NCBI GenBank assembly: GCA_013415865.1
Contig: CP058896.1
Location: 971,957 to 1,035,956, forward strand
From: Methanomassiliicoccales archaeon
Lineage (GTDB): Archaea > Thermoplasmatota > Thermoplasmata > Methanomassiliicoccales > UBA472
Direction: 5' to 3'
DNA length: 64,000 bases
This document shows, piece after piece, positions 9,212-17,024 of this stretch. A model generated the notes under the pieces. It had not been told where the DNA came from and searched no databases. It was given only the letters and a program-made list of their open reading frames with translations. The number at the start of each line of letters is the position of its first letter. Within the stretch, counting starts at the first letter, position 1. A program made the position numbers and the translations under genes.

Positions 9212-9777
9212 TTCAGCACCTCGTCGCTCCAGTCGATATTTCCAGGCGCGTACTTGTCTGTTATCCCGTTTATGATGGACAACACGGCATCCACGATGTC
9301 CTTTCTCGGTCTGTCGGTCGTGTCTATCTCATAGACCTTTCCTGCAGTGCTCAATGATTCTATAAGGACCGCGTCGACCGCCTCTGCCTCGATGTTCTCA
9401 CGGACCTTCCTATCGCTCCACCCACGTGATGCCAATCTCTTTCCGAGCACGCTTGGCCTACATCTCAGGACAATGGCCACTTCAGGACCGACCAGGTGGG
9501 CTAGGTGGCCAACCAAGATGACCACCCCCTCACCTCTCAATGAAATAGCGGCTGCTTTGAGCTCGCCCACATCGACGTTATAACTATTACGGTCTACATC
9601 CATCTCCCCGAGCATCCCATGTTCCTTTGCCAGATCTGATACTTCTACCACGCGCAGACCTCTTTCCCGAAGATCGGAGGCTATGGTGGATTTCCCTGTC
9701 CCGGGGGTACCTGTCAGAGCGATGAGCACACCATCTGAATGCACGTTGTGATTAAAATATAGGAGGTACGGAGGCAC
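9202..9777 (-). CDS. Putative adenylate kinase AK6/Fap7-like nucleoside-triphosphatase
   Basis: ORF track (191 aa). P-loop LTGTPGTGKST near the N-terminus, with a size typical of the archaeal Fap7 homolog. There is no ATG start: the candidates are GTG at 9777 or GTG at 9741. It overlaps the downstream gene by 10 nt. Confidence 0.7.
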   Translation of the reverse strand: MPPYLLYFNHNVHSDGVLIALTGTPGTGKSTIASDLRERGLRVVEVSDLAKEHGMLGEMDVDRNSYNVDVGELKAAAISLRGEGVVILVGHLAHLVGPEVAIVLRCRPSVLGKRLASRGWSDRKVRENIEAEAVDAVLIESLSTAGKVYEIDTTDRPRKDIVDAVLSIINGITDKYAPGNIDWSDEVLKWY

Positions 9778-9925
9778 CTATGTGAGATGCCCCTCCCCCG
9801 TGGTCCTTCTCCCCAAACCTTACTAATGACTCAGAGCACGGGAACGATATTAAAATAATGATTGAGCATGCTACAGTCTGCTTTATATACTAGAATGTCG
9901 AGAAAGAGCATGCCACATTTCCAGG

Positions 9926-10747
9926 TCATTTGTCATCGTTACCGATATCTAGCAGAGAATCGTAAAAAAATAATTCGAGAAGGGCCTCTTCCCTTTTCTC
10001 ACCTACCTTTCTTTTCATAGGCTCGGTGCTCTCCGCCTTGAAATCGATGTCATAAATAATGTCCATCAAGCACAGGCCATATGGGTCTGCAAGGCCGAAA
10101 GATATGTCCCTTCCCTCGAGCGCTTCCCTGATGTCCGCTACGGTGACCGTCCCCCTCCCGGCCTTTTCCATCGCCGCCACCATCCTTCTGACCATGTTCC
10201 TGAGGAACTCCCTGGCATATAGGTCGATGATGAACAGCCCACCTGCCTTGGTAACGACTATGTTGTTCACTGTTTTCACCGTTGCCCTGCCTTCAGGCTT
10301 GCAAAAGCGTCGAAAATCGTGCCTTCCGACGAATAGCCGAGAGGCAGATATCAGTAGGTCCATATCGATCCCGTCGTCCGCAAGGAAGTACCTGTACCAT
10401 CGTTCCTTGGCCCTTCTAGGGGAGAATGATGGTGCCACTTCCCTGCAAGCGATGAAGTAAACGTCATCGCATACAGCGTTCAGGGCATGAAGGATCCTGT
10501 CCCTGCTGAACTCTGTGTCAAAGCATACAAGATTGCCCAACGCGCTCACACCTGCATCGGTCCTGCTCGCCACCTTGAACCTGGCCGTGACCGGGTCGTC
10601 CATAGCGCCTATCTTCTTGAGCCCCCTGATGACCTCGCCCTCGACCGTCCTTACCCCTGGTTGCCTCTGAGAGCCGTTGAAGTTCTTCCCTTCATATGCG
10701 AACTTGATGGCGGCGCGCCACATCCGCATCCAATCTCTGTCCTGCAT
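9926..10747 (-). CDS. truA: tRNA pseudouridine(38-40) synthase TruA
   Basis: ORF track (273 aa). Catalytic motif RTDAGVSALGN and TruA-like length. Confidence 0.85.
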   Translation of the reverse strand: MQDRDWMRMWRAAIKFAYEGKNFNGSQRQPGVRTVEGEVIRGLKKIGAMDDPVTARFKVASRTDAGVSALGNLVCFDTEFSRDRILHALNAVCDDVYFIACREVAPSFSPRRAKERWYRYFLADDGIDMDLLISASRLFVGRHDFRRFCKPEGRATVKTVNNIVVTKAGGLFIIDLYAREFLRNMVRRMVAAMEKAGRGTVTVADIREALEGRDISFGLADPYGLCLMDIIYDIDFKAESTEPMKRKVGEKREEALLELFFYDSLLDIGNDDK

Positions 10748-10820
10748 TATAATCGTTTTCCGATGTTATGCGAAATAATGGTGAAAAGACAAATAATCCA
10801 TCAGGCTCTCCTAGAAAAAG

Positions 10821-11564
10821 ATGGTCTCCTTCAGAGTGGTCTTGGTAGAGCCGCAGAACGACGGGAATGTGGGTGCTGTCGCAAGGTCCATGGGTAATTT
10901 CGGTTTCAAGGAGCTGTGCATGGTCTCCCCATGTGAGATAACCGATGAGGCGTTCAAGCGCGCGAAGCACGCTGGCGACATACTCAGGAGCGCGAAGGTC
11001 GTGTCGAGCTTTGAGGAGGCGGTCAGGGACTGTTACCTTGTGGTCGGGACCTCAGGGATAATCACCTATGGCGATGCCCATTTTGTAAGGATACCGATAA
11101 CACCAAAGGAATTCGCACAGAAGACCGTGGGCTTGGAGGAGAACATTGCCTTGGTCTTCGGTCGGGAGGACATAGGCCTTACCCAGGAACAGCTGCATAG
11201 ATGTGACCTGTTGGTCAACATCCCGGCCCATGAAGAGTATCCCGTCCTCAACCTTTCACATGCGGTCACCATAATACTCTATGAGATCTTCGCCCTCCAA
11301 GGGAAACCGAGCAACACGAGGCCTTCGACCGACGAGCAGAAGGAGCTCATGTTCAAATTCTTCGCAGAGGTCCTTGAGGCCATCAACTATCCTAAGTTCA
11401 GAAGGGAGAAGACCGACGTCATGTTCCGAAGGATGATGGGACGTGCCGTCCCGTCCAGATGGGAGTTCTATACTATCATGGGGGTGCTTGGCGGGGCGGC
11501 CAAGAAGATCAGGAGGCTCGAGGCGGAGAATGAAAGGCTCCGACAGACGACCGGGAAAAAATGA
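10821..11564 (+). CDS. SpoU/TrmH-family RNA 2'-O-methyltransferase (TrmJ-like)
   Basis: ORF track (247 aa). N-terminal VVLVEPQNDGNVGAVARSMGNFGF and the SPOUT knot region (NLSHAVTIILYE). Confidence 0.8.
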   Translation: MVSFRVVLVEPQNDGNVGAVARSMGNFGFKELCMVSPCEITDEAFKRAKHAGDILRSAKVVSSFEEAVRDCYLVVGTSGIITYGDAHFVRIPITPKEFAQKTVGLEENIALVFGREDIGLTQEQLHRCDLLVNIPAHEEYPVLNLSHAVTIILYEIFALQGKPSNTRPSTDEQKELMFKFFAEVLEAINYPKFRREKTDVMFRRMMGRAVPSRWEFYTIMGVLGGAAKKIRRLEAENERLRQTTGKK

Positions 11565-11565
11565 C

Positions 11566-12594
11566 CTAACGGCCATATTTCTTGAGCAATACTGAAAGGT
11601 CCCTTGTCATCTCAGGGCCGCTCGCCGGTTCATCAGGGATGTCGGTTATCCCCGTGATGACGGCTATCAGGCGGATCGTCGATTCGTTATCGTCCTCTAT
11701 CCTCACACCAAATTTAATGTTCGCGTCTGGATCAAGATGTCCGGTTATGCCTTGGAAGACCTTGTAGGCCTTCCTGAGGGTCAGCGTGCTACCTCCTGAC
11801 AGATGGACCAGCGCTCCCGTCCCTCCTTTGATGTCAATGTCAAGGAGGGGATTGTTGATCGCATCATTGACGACCCCATCAGGGTCAGCGTTCTCGGCAT
11901 ATAATATGGTAGATACCCCACCATGGGAAATGACCGTCTTCAGGTCGGCGAAATCGAGATTGATGAGCGATGGTTTGGTAAGCGCGTCCACTATGCCCCT
12001 AATAAGTTCGGCGATGAGCTGGTCCATGACCCCTAATGCCTGATTGAAGGGGATGTTCCCACATATTTCAATGAGCCTGTTATTGTCCAACACCAGTAAC
12101 GTGTCGGATGATTCGCTCAGACGCCGCAGGCCCTTGAGAGCGTTGCTCTTCCTTACCCCCCCTTCGATATGGAAGGGCAAAGTGGCGATCGATATCACGA
12201 CCGCCCCGTTACGCTTGGCCGTCTCAGCGACTATCGGTGCAGCGCCGGTACCGGTCCCCCCGCCCATCCCGACGATGATGAAGCAGAGGTCTACATCCCT
12301 TAGGGTCTGGTCGATGATCCCGCCTGCATTCATTGCGCATGTCTCTCCTACATCGACCCTTCCACCCGCGCCACGCCCCTTTGTGTACTCAGCACCTATG
12401 AGAAGGCGGTTCTTCGCGCAAGTTGCCTTAAGGCTGATGGCGTCTGTGTTAATTGCGAGCGTGTCGGCCCCTTCGATCCCTATCTTGTTGAGCCTGTGTA
12501 TGCTGTTACAACCCGCCCCACCGCACCCCACTACGAGTATCTTTAACCGATGGATATCGTAATCTGATGCTTCGCCTCCGTAGCTGGACCCCAT
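11566..12594 (-). CDS. ftsZ: Divergent FtsZ-family tubulin-like GTPase (third paralog; FtsZ2-like by its RHH-gene synteny)
   Basis: ORF track (342 aa). Contains GCGGAGCN, NTDA, the tubulin signature [12 protein letters not shown] and the T7-loop NLDFADL. It lacks the long C-terminal tail of the other two copies. It lies 28 nt downstream of the RHH gene on the same strand. Confidence 0.85.
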   Translation of the reverse strand: MGSSYGGEASDYDIHRLKILVVGCGGAGCNSIHRLNKIGIEGADTLAINTDAISLKATCAKNRLLIGAEYTKGRGAGGRVDVGETCAMNAGGIIDQTLRDVDLCFIIVGMGGGTGTGAAPIVAETAKRNGAVVISIATLPFHIEGGVRKSNALKGLRRLSESSDTLLVLDNNRLIEICGNIPFNQALGVMDQLIAELIRGIVDALTKPSLINLDFADLKTVISHGGVSTILYAENADPDGVVNDAINNPLLDIDIKGGTGALVHLSGGSTLTLRKAYKVFQGITGHLDPDANIKFGVRIEDDNESTIRLIAVITGITDIPDEPASGPEMTRDLSVLLKKYGR

Positions 12595-12622
12595 CCCTGT
12601 TCCTCCGGAGGGCTTGAGCGAG

Positions 12623-12964
12623 TCATTTCATCTCGTTCACGGCCCTTTCGAGACGCATGCGAACGTATTCCCGGACCGCGTTCCTGATCGCGTCATCGAT
12701 CGATACCGAATCACCTTCTTTTACCAAGGCCTCCAGCTCAACAAGTTTACCTTTTGGGAGCTCCACCGTGACCCTTTCGATGTATTCTGGCGTAAAATGG
12801 GTCTCGATGAAGTTGTCGATGGCTGCTCGTATGGCGTCCGATATTGTCGGATATTTGCCATCATTGACGAGCCCCTGAAGGGCCTGCAGCTTGTCAGCAG
12901 GTAAGCGGATCGTGATTCTCTCGGTATCGCTCATGGCACAACTCTGGAACGATGTGTCTGACAT
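12623..12964 (-). CDS. Ribbon-helix-helix (CopG/Arc/MetJ) DNA-binding protein with two RHH repeats in one chain
   Basis: ORF track (113 aa). Repeat 1 is ERITIRLPADKLQALQGLVNDGKYPTISDAIRAAIDNFIE. Repeat 2 is ERVTVELPKGKLVELEALVKEGDSVSIDDAIRNAVREYVR. They are about 40% identical over 40 aa by eye. An alternative start is the second MSDT at 12934. Confidence 0.8.
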   Translation of the reverse strand: MSDTSFQSCAMSDTERITIRLPADKLQALQGLVNDGKYPTISDAIRAAIDNFIETHFTPEYIERVTVELPKGKLVELEALVKEGDSVSIDDAIRNAVREYVRMRLERAVNEMK

Positions 12965-12984
12965 ATATAGTTATTTTGTCAGAC
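12956..12984. promoter_or_regulatory. 7-bp inverted repeat GTCTGAC-N15-GTCAGAC spanning the RHH start codon and 5' leader (candidate autoregulatory operator)
   Basis: GTCTGAC at 12956..12962 and GTCAGAC at 12978..12984, read directly. A TATA-like tttatatattt (reverse strand) lies at about 13000..13010. Confidence 0.35.
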
Positions 12985-13260
12985 AAATGCAAGATTATTT
13001 TGTAAATATATAAACATTACAACATAGGGATTAGAGATGCACCAGATTGTAGTAGCGATGGATTTTTATTCATCTGCCGAGACCGATGATCGTTCATAAT
13101 GGTTCCTCATCTGGCGGATCGACCAGCATATACGTTCTGAAGAGGTCTGGCCAGGATGGCGCTGTATTAGATGTCGCGGCGAGGCGCTCAGCCTTCATAT
13201 CGATGGGTACGTGCCTCCTTTCCTTCATGCCTGAACGTGTCTGCCCATGTGGCAAAATCC

Positions 13261-13280
13261 TTTATATAAGGTATTTAAAT
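13261..13280 (+). promoter_or_regulatory. TATA-box region of the tbp promoter
   Basis: tttatataaggtatttaaat lies 25-45 nt upstream of the tbp ATG (13305). GGTGA Shine-Dalgarno at 13293..13297. Confidence 0.45.
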
Positions 13281-13304
13281 ACCACGCAAAAAGGTGACCT
13301 TGTA

Positions 13305-13853
13305 ATGGCCAAAATCAAGATAGAGAATGTTGTGGCATCGACCTCCCTCGGGGAGGAACTAGACCTTCAGTCCATCGCGTTGGCCCTCGATGATGCTGAG
13401 TACGAGCCCGAGCAGTTCCCTGGCCTCATATACAGATTGAAGGACCCAAAGACCGCGACCCTTCTATTCCGGAGCGGTAAGGTCGTATGTACTGGGGCAA
13501 AGTCCCTCGAGCACGTAAAGGTCGCGATCAATAAGGTCGCCAAGCAGATAGAGAAAGCCGGGATCAAGATAAAGATGGAGCCAAAGATCGAGGTCCAGAA
13601 CATCGTTGCATCTTCAGACCTTGGACAGGAGATCAACCTGAACGCGATCGCGATATCCCTCGGCCTTGAGCGGGTCGAATACGAGCCCGAGCAGTTCCCT
13701 GGCCTTGTCTATCGGATCGATGAGCCGAAAGTGGTGGTCCTATTGTTCGGTTCCGGGAAACTTGTCTGCACCGGCGCCAGGAAGCCCCAGGACGTGGAGG
13801 CGGCGGTCAACAAGATCACCGAGGAACTAAAAGCAGCTGGTCTGCTAAGGTGA
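13305..13853 (+). CDS. tbp: TATA-box binding protein
   Basis: ORF track 13086..13853, trimmed to ATG 13305 (MAKIKIENVVAST...). This gives the canonical 182-aa two-repeat TBP (EQFPGLIYRL / EQFPGLVYRI repeats). Promoter and SD elements lie inside the track's upstream extension. Confidence 0.93.
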   Translation: MAKIKIENVVASTSLGEELDLQSIALALDDAEYEPEQFPGLIYRLKDPKTATLLFRSGKVVCTGAKSLEHVKVAINKVAKQIEKAGIKIKMEPKIEVQNIVASSDLGQEINLNAIAISLGLERVEYEPEQFPGLVYRIDEPKVVVLLFGSGKLVCTGARKPQDVEAAVNKITEELKAAGLLR

Positions 13854-14704
13854 AATCTTTTCCATACATCCTCGACAACCACATTCATCTTCAGCCGAAA
13901 GGAAGGGGGGTCGAGGCGATCAAAGAATTCTCAAAGGCAGGAGGCACGCACGCCATCCTGAGCCATATGCCTTATGATGAGGTCTTCATAAAGACCTCCG
14001 CCGATTTCATGAGGTCCTATCAGATAACTCTGGAACAAATGGACCTTTGCAATAGAGAGACCCCTGTGAAGATGTTCTGTACCGTCGGGCCCTATCCTGT
14101 GCTTCTTATCGAGCTTGCCAAGGATCACGGTCTGGTCAAGGCCAAGGAGATGATGATGGAGGGCATGGACCAGGCAGCCCACCTTGTCGAAGAAGGGAGG
14201 GCGGTCGCGATAGGAGAGGTAGGAAGACCTCATTTCCCGGTCGGCGCGGACATGATGGAGGCCTCCAATGAGATCCTGGCCTATGGCATGAGACTTTGTA
14301 AAGAGCTTGGATGCGCCATCGTCGTCCATGCCGAGAGCGCTACGCCGTCATCGATGGGGGACCTTGGAAGGATCGCTGATGCAGTCGGTCTTCCCAGGGA
14401 TAAGGTAGTAAAACATTTTTGTGCACCTTTAGTGCTTCCAGAGGAATCGAGGGGGTTGATGCCCTCGGTGCTGGCCAGCAAGAATGCTGTCCAGGAGGCC
14501 CTTTCCAAGGGTGACCGGTTCCTTTTGGAGACCGATTACATGGACGACCCGGCCAGGCCTGGAGCTGTCCTAGGCATCGCGACCGTCCCAAAAAGGATAA
14601 AGGGACTTTTGCTCTCGGGGGCGGAAGGGGGCCGGTTAGAAGATGCCTTATGGAAGATCAATAAGGATAATCCTGAGAGGACCTATGGCATCGACATCAG
14701 GTGA
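13850..14704 (+). CDS. TatD-related metal-dependent hydrolase
   Basis: ORF track (284 aa). Amidohydrolase-type H-x-H (NHIHLQP) at the N-terminus and a later HAE motif. The start overlaps the tbp stop (GTGA). Confidence 0.65.
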   Translation: MKSFPYILDNHIHLQPKGRGVEAIKEFSKAGGTHAILSHMPYDEVFIKTSADFMRSYQITLEQMDLCNRETPVKMFCTVGPYPVLLIELAKDHGLVKAKEMMMEGMDQAAHLVEEGRAVAIGEVGRPHFPVGADMMEASNEILAYGMRLCKELGCAIVVHAESATPSSMGDLGRIADAVGLPRDKVVKHFCAPLVLPEESRGLMPSVLASKNAVQEALSKGDRFLLETDYMDDPARPGAVLGIATVPKRIKGLLLSGAEGGRLEDALWKINKDNPERTYGIDIR

Positions 14705-14707
14705 TGA

Positions 14708-14980
14708 TCAATGGATCTCGAAGGTCGAGAACTCATTCTTTGGGGGCAGCCAGATGATGTCTACATGGTCAACTCTGGCATTAGGGTGGTCCTCAGACAA
14801 TAACCGTATGACCTCTTCGATCGCTTCGCTCTCCCCCTCGAACACAGCCTCCACAGACCCGTCTGGCATGTTCTTGACCCATCCTGTGACGCCCAGCCGC
14901 TTTGAGAACCTCCTGGTGAACTCCCGGAAATGCACACCCTGAACCCTTCCCCTGAACCTCACCTCGGCCCTCGAAGTCAT
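14708..14980 (-). CDS. acyP: Acylphosphatase
   Basis: ORF track (90 aa). Signature VRFRGRVQGVHFREFT ... GWVKNMPDGSVEAVFEG. Confidence 0.85.
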   Translation of the reverse strand: MTSRAEVRFRGRVQGVHFREFTRRFSKRLGVTGWVKNMPDGSVEAVFEGESEAIEEVIRLLSEDHPNARVDHVDIIWLPPKNEFSTFEIH

Positions 14981-15278
14981 TCGATCCCATTTTTAAGAAG
15001 GGACTGCATCAGACTTTAATATTCTCATACTTGATGGGGGCCATTGCCGTTGCTGCGAGCACGACCTCTACATGGTGAAAATAATGGGCGTTGGCGGTCG
15101 TCAAATCGACCGACCATTTACCAACATGGCCATAAGAAAGCCTATGGATCGATATGGGCCCAGACTGGCCTGGGGTTTACAGTTTCATATCGGCGTCAAA
15201 TATGTTTATCAAAGGTTTTTTATTAATTCAAATGGATGAGGGTTCAATTTGTGTATTTCACACTAGGATGGGATTGGG

Positions 15279-16409
15279 ATGATGAAATCGCTCGTAGAGG
15301 AAGCTTTGGCTAAAGATAATGATGTGCCGATGAGGCCCGAACCCAGGATGCAGATGGCCCCACCGCCGATGATGGACAACACCGATGCAGAGCTGATCGA
15401 GCTCTTGCAGAAACTAAGGACGAACATCAAGATAATCGGTGTGGGGGGCGGCGGGTCCAACACTGTCACCAGGATCTCTGAGGAGAACATCGCCGGGGCT
15501 GAGACCTACGCGGCGAACACTGACGCACAGCATCTTCTGGCATCCAAGGCACAGCATAAGATATTGCTCGGAAGGAGGAGCACCCGAGGTCTGGGTGCAG
15601 GTGCCATCCCGCAGATGGGCGAGGCTGCCGCCAAAGAGGCCGATGTAGAGCTGAAGAAGGCCTTGAGCGACGCAAATATAGTATTCGTCACTGCAGGAAT
15701 GGGAGGGGGGACCGGTACCGGCGCTGCTGCGGTCGTGGCGGAGACCGCAAAGGAACTAGGGGCCCTGACGATCGCGGTCGTGACGACGCCGTTCAAGGGA
15801 GAGGGTAAGCTTCGTTTTGAGAATGCTGAGTGGGGACTACAGCGCCTCAGGAATGCTGCGGACACGGTCATCGTCATCCCGAACGATAAGCTCCTCCAGC
15901 TATATCCTAAACTTTCTCTCAATGCTGCCTTCAAGGTTGCCGATGACGTCCTTTACAGGGCCATCAAAGGCATCACCGAGCTCATAACCAAGCCTGGCCT
16001 GGTCAACCTGGACTTCAATGACCTAAAGACCATTATGAAGGGCGCAGGGGTCGCCATGATCGGGATGGGAGAGAGCGACGGGGACCCTGCGGACAGGGCC
16101 ATGGAGGCCATAGAGATGGCTTTGAACTCCCCACTGCTCGAGGTCGACATATCGACCGCCACCGGTGCGCTCGTGAACGTCATGGGTGGGCCGGATATGA
16201 CCATAGCAGACGCCCAGAAGGTCGCCGAAGAGGTACATAAGCGCATAAGTCCCAATGCCAGGATAATATGGGGAGCGGGCGTGGACCCATCTTTGGAACA
16301 CAAGATCAGGGTCATGGTGGTGATGTCGGGTGTCAGATCGTCCCAGATCCTAGGAAGGTCAGAGGAAGCGCATAAGATCAAAGGGGCAGACCTCGACTTC
16401 ATCAAGTGA
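15279..16409 (+). CDS. ftsZ: Cell division GTPase FtsZ (copy a)
   Basis: ORF track (376 aa). Contains [28 protein letters not shown] and NLDFNDL. About 70% aa identity to copy b by eye. Confidence 0.93.
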   Translation: MMKSLVEEALAKDNDVPMRPEPRMQMAPPPMMDNTDAELIELLQKLRTNIKIIGVGGGGSNTVTRISEENIAGAETYAANTDAQHLLASKAQHKILLGRRSTRGLGAGAIPQMGEAAAKEADVELKKALSDANIVFVTAGMGGGTGTGAAAVVAETAKELGALTIAVVTTPFKGEGKLRFENAEWGLQRLRNAADTVIVIPNDKLLQLYPKLSLNAAFKVADDVLYRAIKGITELITKPGLVNLDFNDLKTIMKGAGVAMIGMGESDGDPADRAMEAIEMALNSPLLEVDISTATGALVNVMGGPDMTIADAQKVAEEVHKRISPNARIIWGAGVDPSLEHKIRVMVVMSGVRSSQILGRSEEAHKIKGADLDFIK

Positions 16410-16436
16410 CTCTTGAGGGTTCAACAGACGGTCAAA

Positions 16437-16480
16437 AAGGCGGCCGGTCAGGCCGCCTTGTGAATTCTTTATCTTCTTCC
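16437..16480. terminator. Bidirectional terminator-like hairpin between convergent ftsZ-a and the XRE gene
   Basis: A 9-bp stem AAGGCGGCC/GGCCGCCTT (16437..16459, loop GGTCA) is followed by a T-rich tract on the + strand (ttgtgaattctttatcttctt). It is preceded by A5 on the + strand, which reads as T5 on the - strand. Confidence 0.5.
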
Positions 16481-16539
16481 CTAAACAGAACAGGGCATGA
16501 TGCAGATGGACATCTGGTCTCGATCGCTCCATCTGACGG

Positions 16540-16731
16540 TCAGTCAGATGTGAACAATTCCTCGACCCTGACCTTGAACAGCCTTGCTATCCTAATGGCC
16601 AATTTCAAAGAAGGATCGGAGCGTTCATTCTCGATCGCGATTATCCGTTGCCTTGTGACCCCCACCTTTTTCGCCAGCTCTTCCTGGGTTATGTTCGTCA
16701 TCGCCCTGTACATTCTTATCTTATTTTTCAT
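16540..16731 (-). CDS. Small XRE/Cro-C1-type helix-turn-helix transcriptional regulator (63 aa)
   Basis: ORF track. The HTH TQEELAKKVGVTRQRIIAIENER is typical of the short XRE family. It is transcribed divergently from ftsZ-b across the AT-rich region. Confidence 0.85.
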   Translation of the reverse strand: MKNKIRMYRAMTNITQEELAKKVGVTRQRIIAIENERSDPSLKLAIRIARLFKVRVEELFTSD

Positions 16732-16766
16732 GTCAGCCCAGAAGGAGATGATTGTGATATTAAATT

Positions 16767-16798
16767 AACATTTTGTTAATTATTATATACAAAATGTT
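16767..16798. promoter_or_regulatory. Perfect 10-bp inverted repeat AACATTTTGT-N12-ACAAAATGTT around a TATA-like core (candidate operator/promoter of the XRE gene)
   Basis: Read directly: arms at 16767..16776 and 16789..16798, with spacer TAATTATTATAT. On the reverse strand the spacer reads as a TATA box about 50 nt upstream of the XRE ATG. Confidence 0.5.
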
Positions 16799-16811
16799 TA
16801 TCACAATAAAC

Positions 16812-16837
16812 ATAATGTTAATTATTATATACATTAT
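16812..16837. promoter_or_regulatory. Second inverted repeat ATAATGT-N12-ACATTAT with the identical TAATTATTATAT core
   Basis: Arms at 16812..16818 and 16831..16837. The 18-nt TGTTAATTATTATATACA is perfectly repeated at 16774..16791 and 16816..16833, a 42-bp period. Confidence 0.45.
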
Positions 16838-17024
16838 TTATTGATTATTAATTATAATATAGCATATTAAATAAATCAATGCCAGTATTTATAATATATA
16901 TTATAATAATATTATTTAACTGCAAACATGACGCTTGGGACCGAAACTCTTTTTTATATTCGAAACGGTAACCACCATAAGGAGTGATACCTTAGGGTAT
17001 ATCCTTTGTCAAGGGGAGTCTCAT

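Larger units (their letters stand above)
16761..16920. other. Extreme AT-rich intergenic block (19 G/C in 160 nt by hand count, about 12% GC)
   Basis: Counted base by base. The surrounding genes are about 55-60% GC. The block contains the two palindromes above plus further A/T repeats. Confidence 0.9.

Noticed and set aside
13086-13304. 73-aa N-terminal extension of TBP suggested by the ORF track
   Set aside because: The TATA-like elements and a GGTGA Shine-Dalgarno lie inside this stretch. The canonical TBP N-terminus starts at ATG 13305, and the extension is Ser/Cys-rich and unlike TBP.
15273-15300. C/D-box sRNA suggested by ATGATGA at 15279
   Set aside because: The motif is simply the tandem ATG-ATG start of ftsZ-a. 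No properly spaced D box or guide arrangement is present. Other weak ATGATT/CTGA pairs at 21870..22060 are also non-canonical.
16406-16768. 120-aa + strand ORF between ftsZ-a and the AT-rich block
   Set aside because: It is antisense to the well-formed XRE HTH gene and runs through the terminator hairpin, so it is a shadow ORF.
16761-16935. AT-rich repeats as a CRISPR array or insertion sequence
   Set aside because: There are only two copies of an 18-nt A/T repeat. The repeat-spacer periodicity does not fit CRISPR, there are no cas genes, and no transposase or terminal inverted repeats bracket a coding unit.
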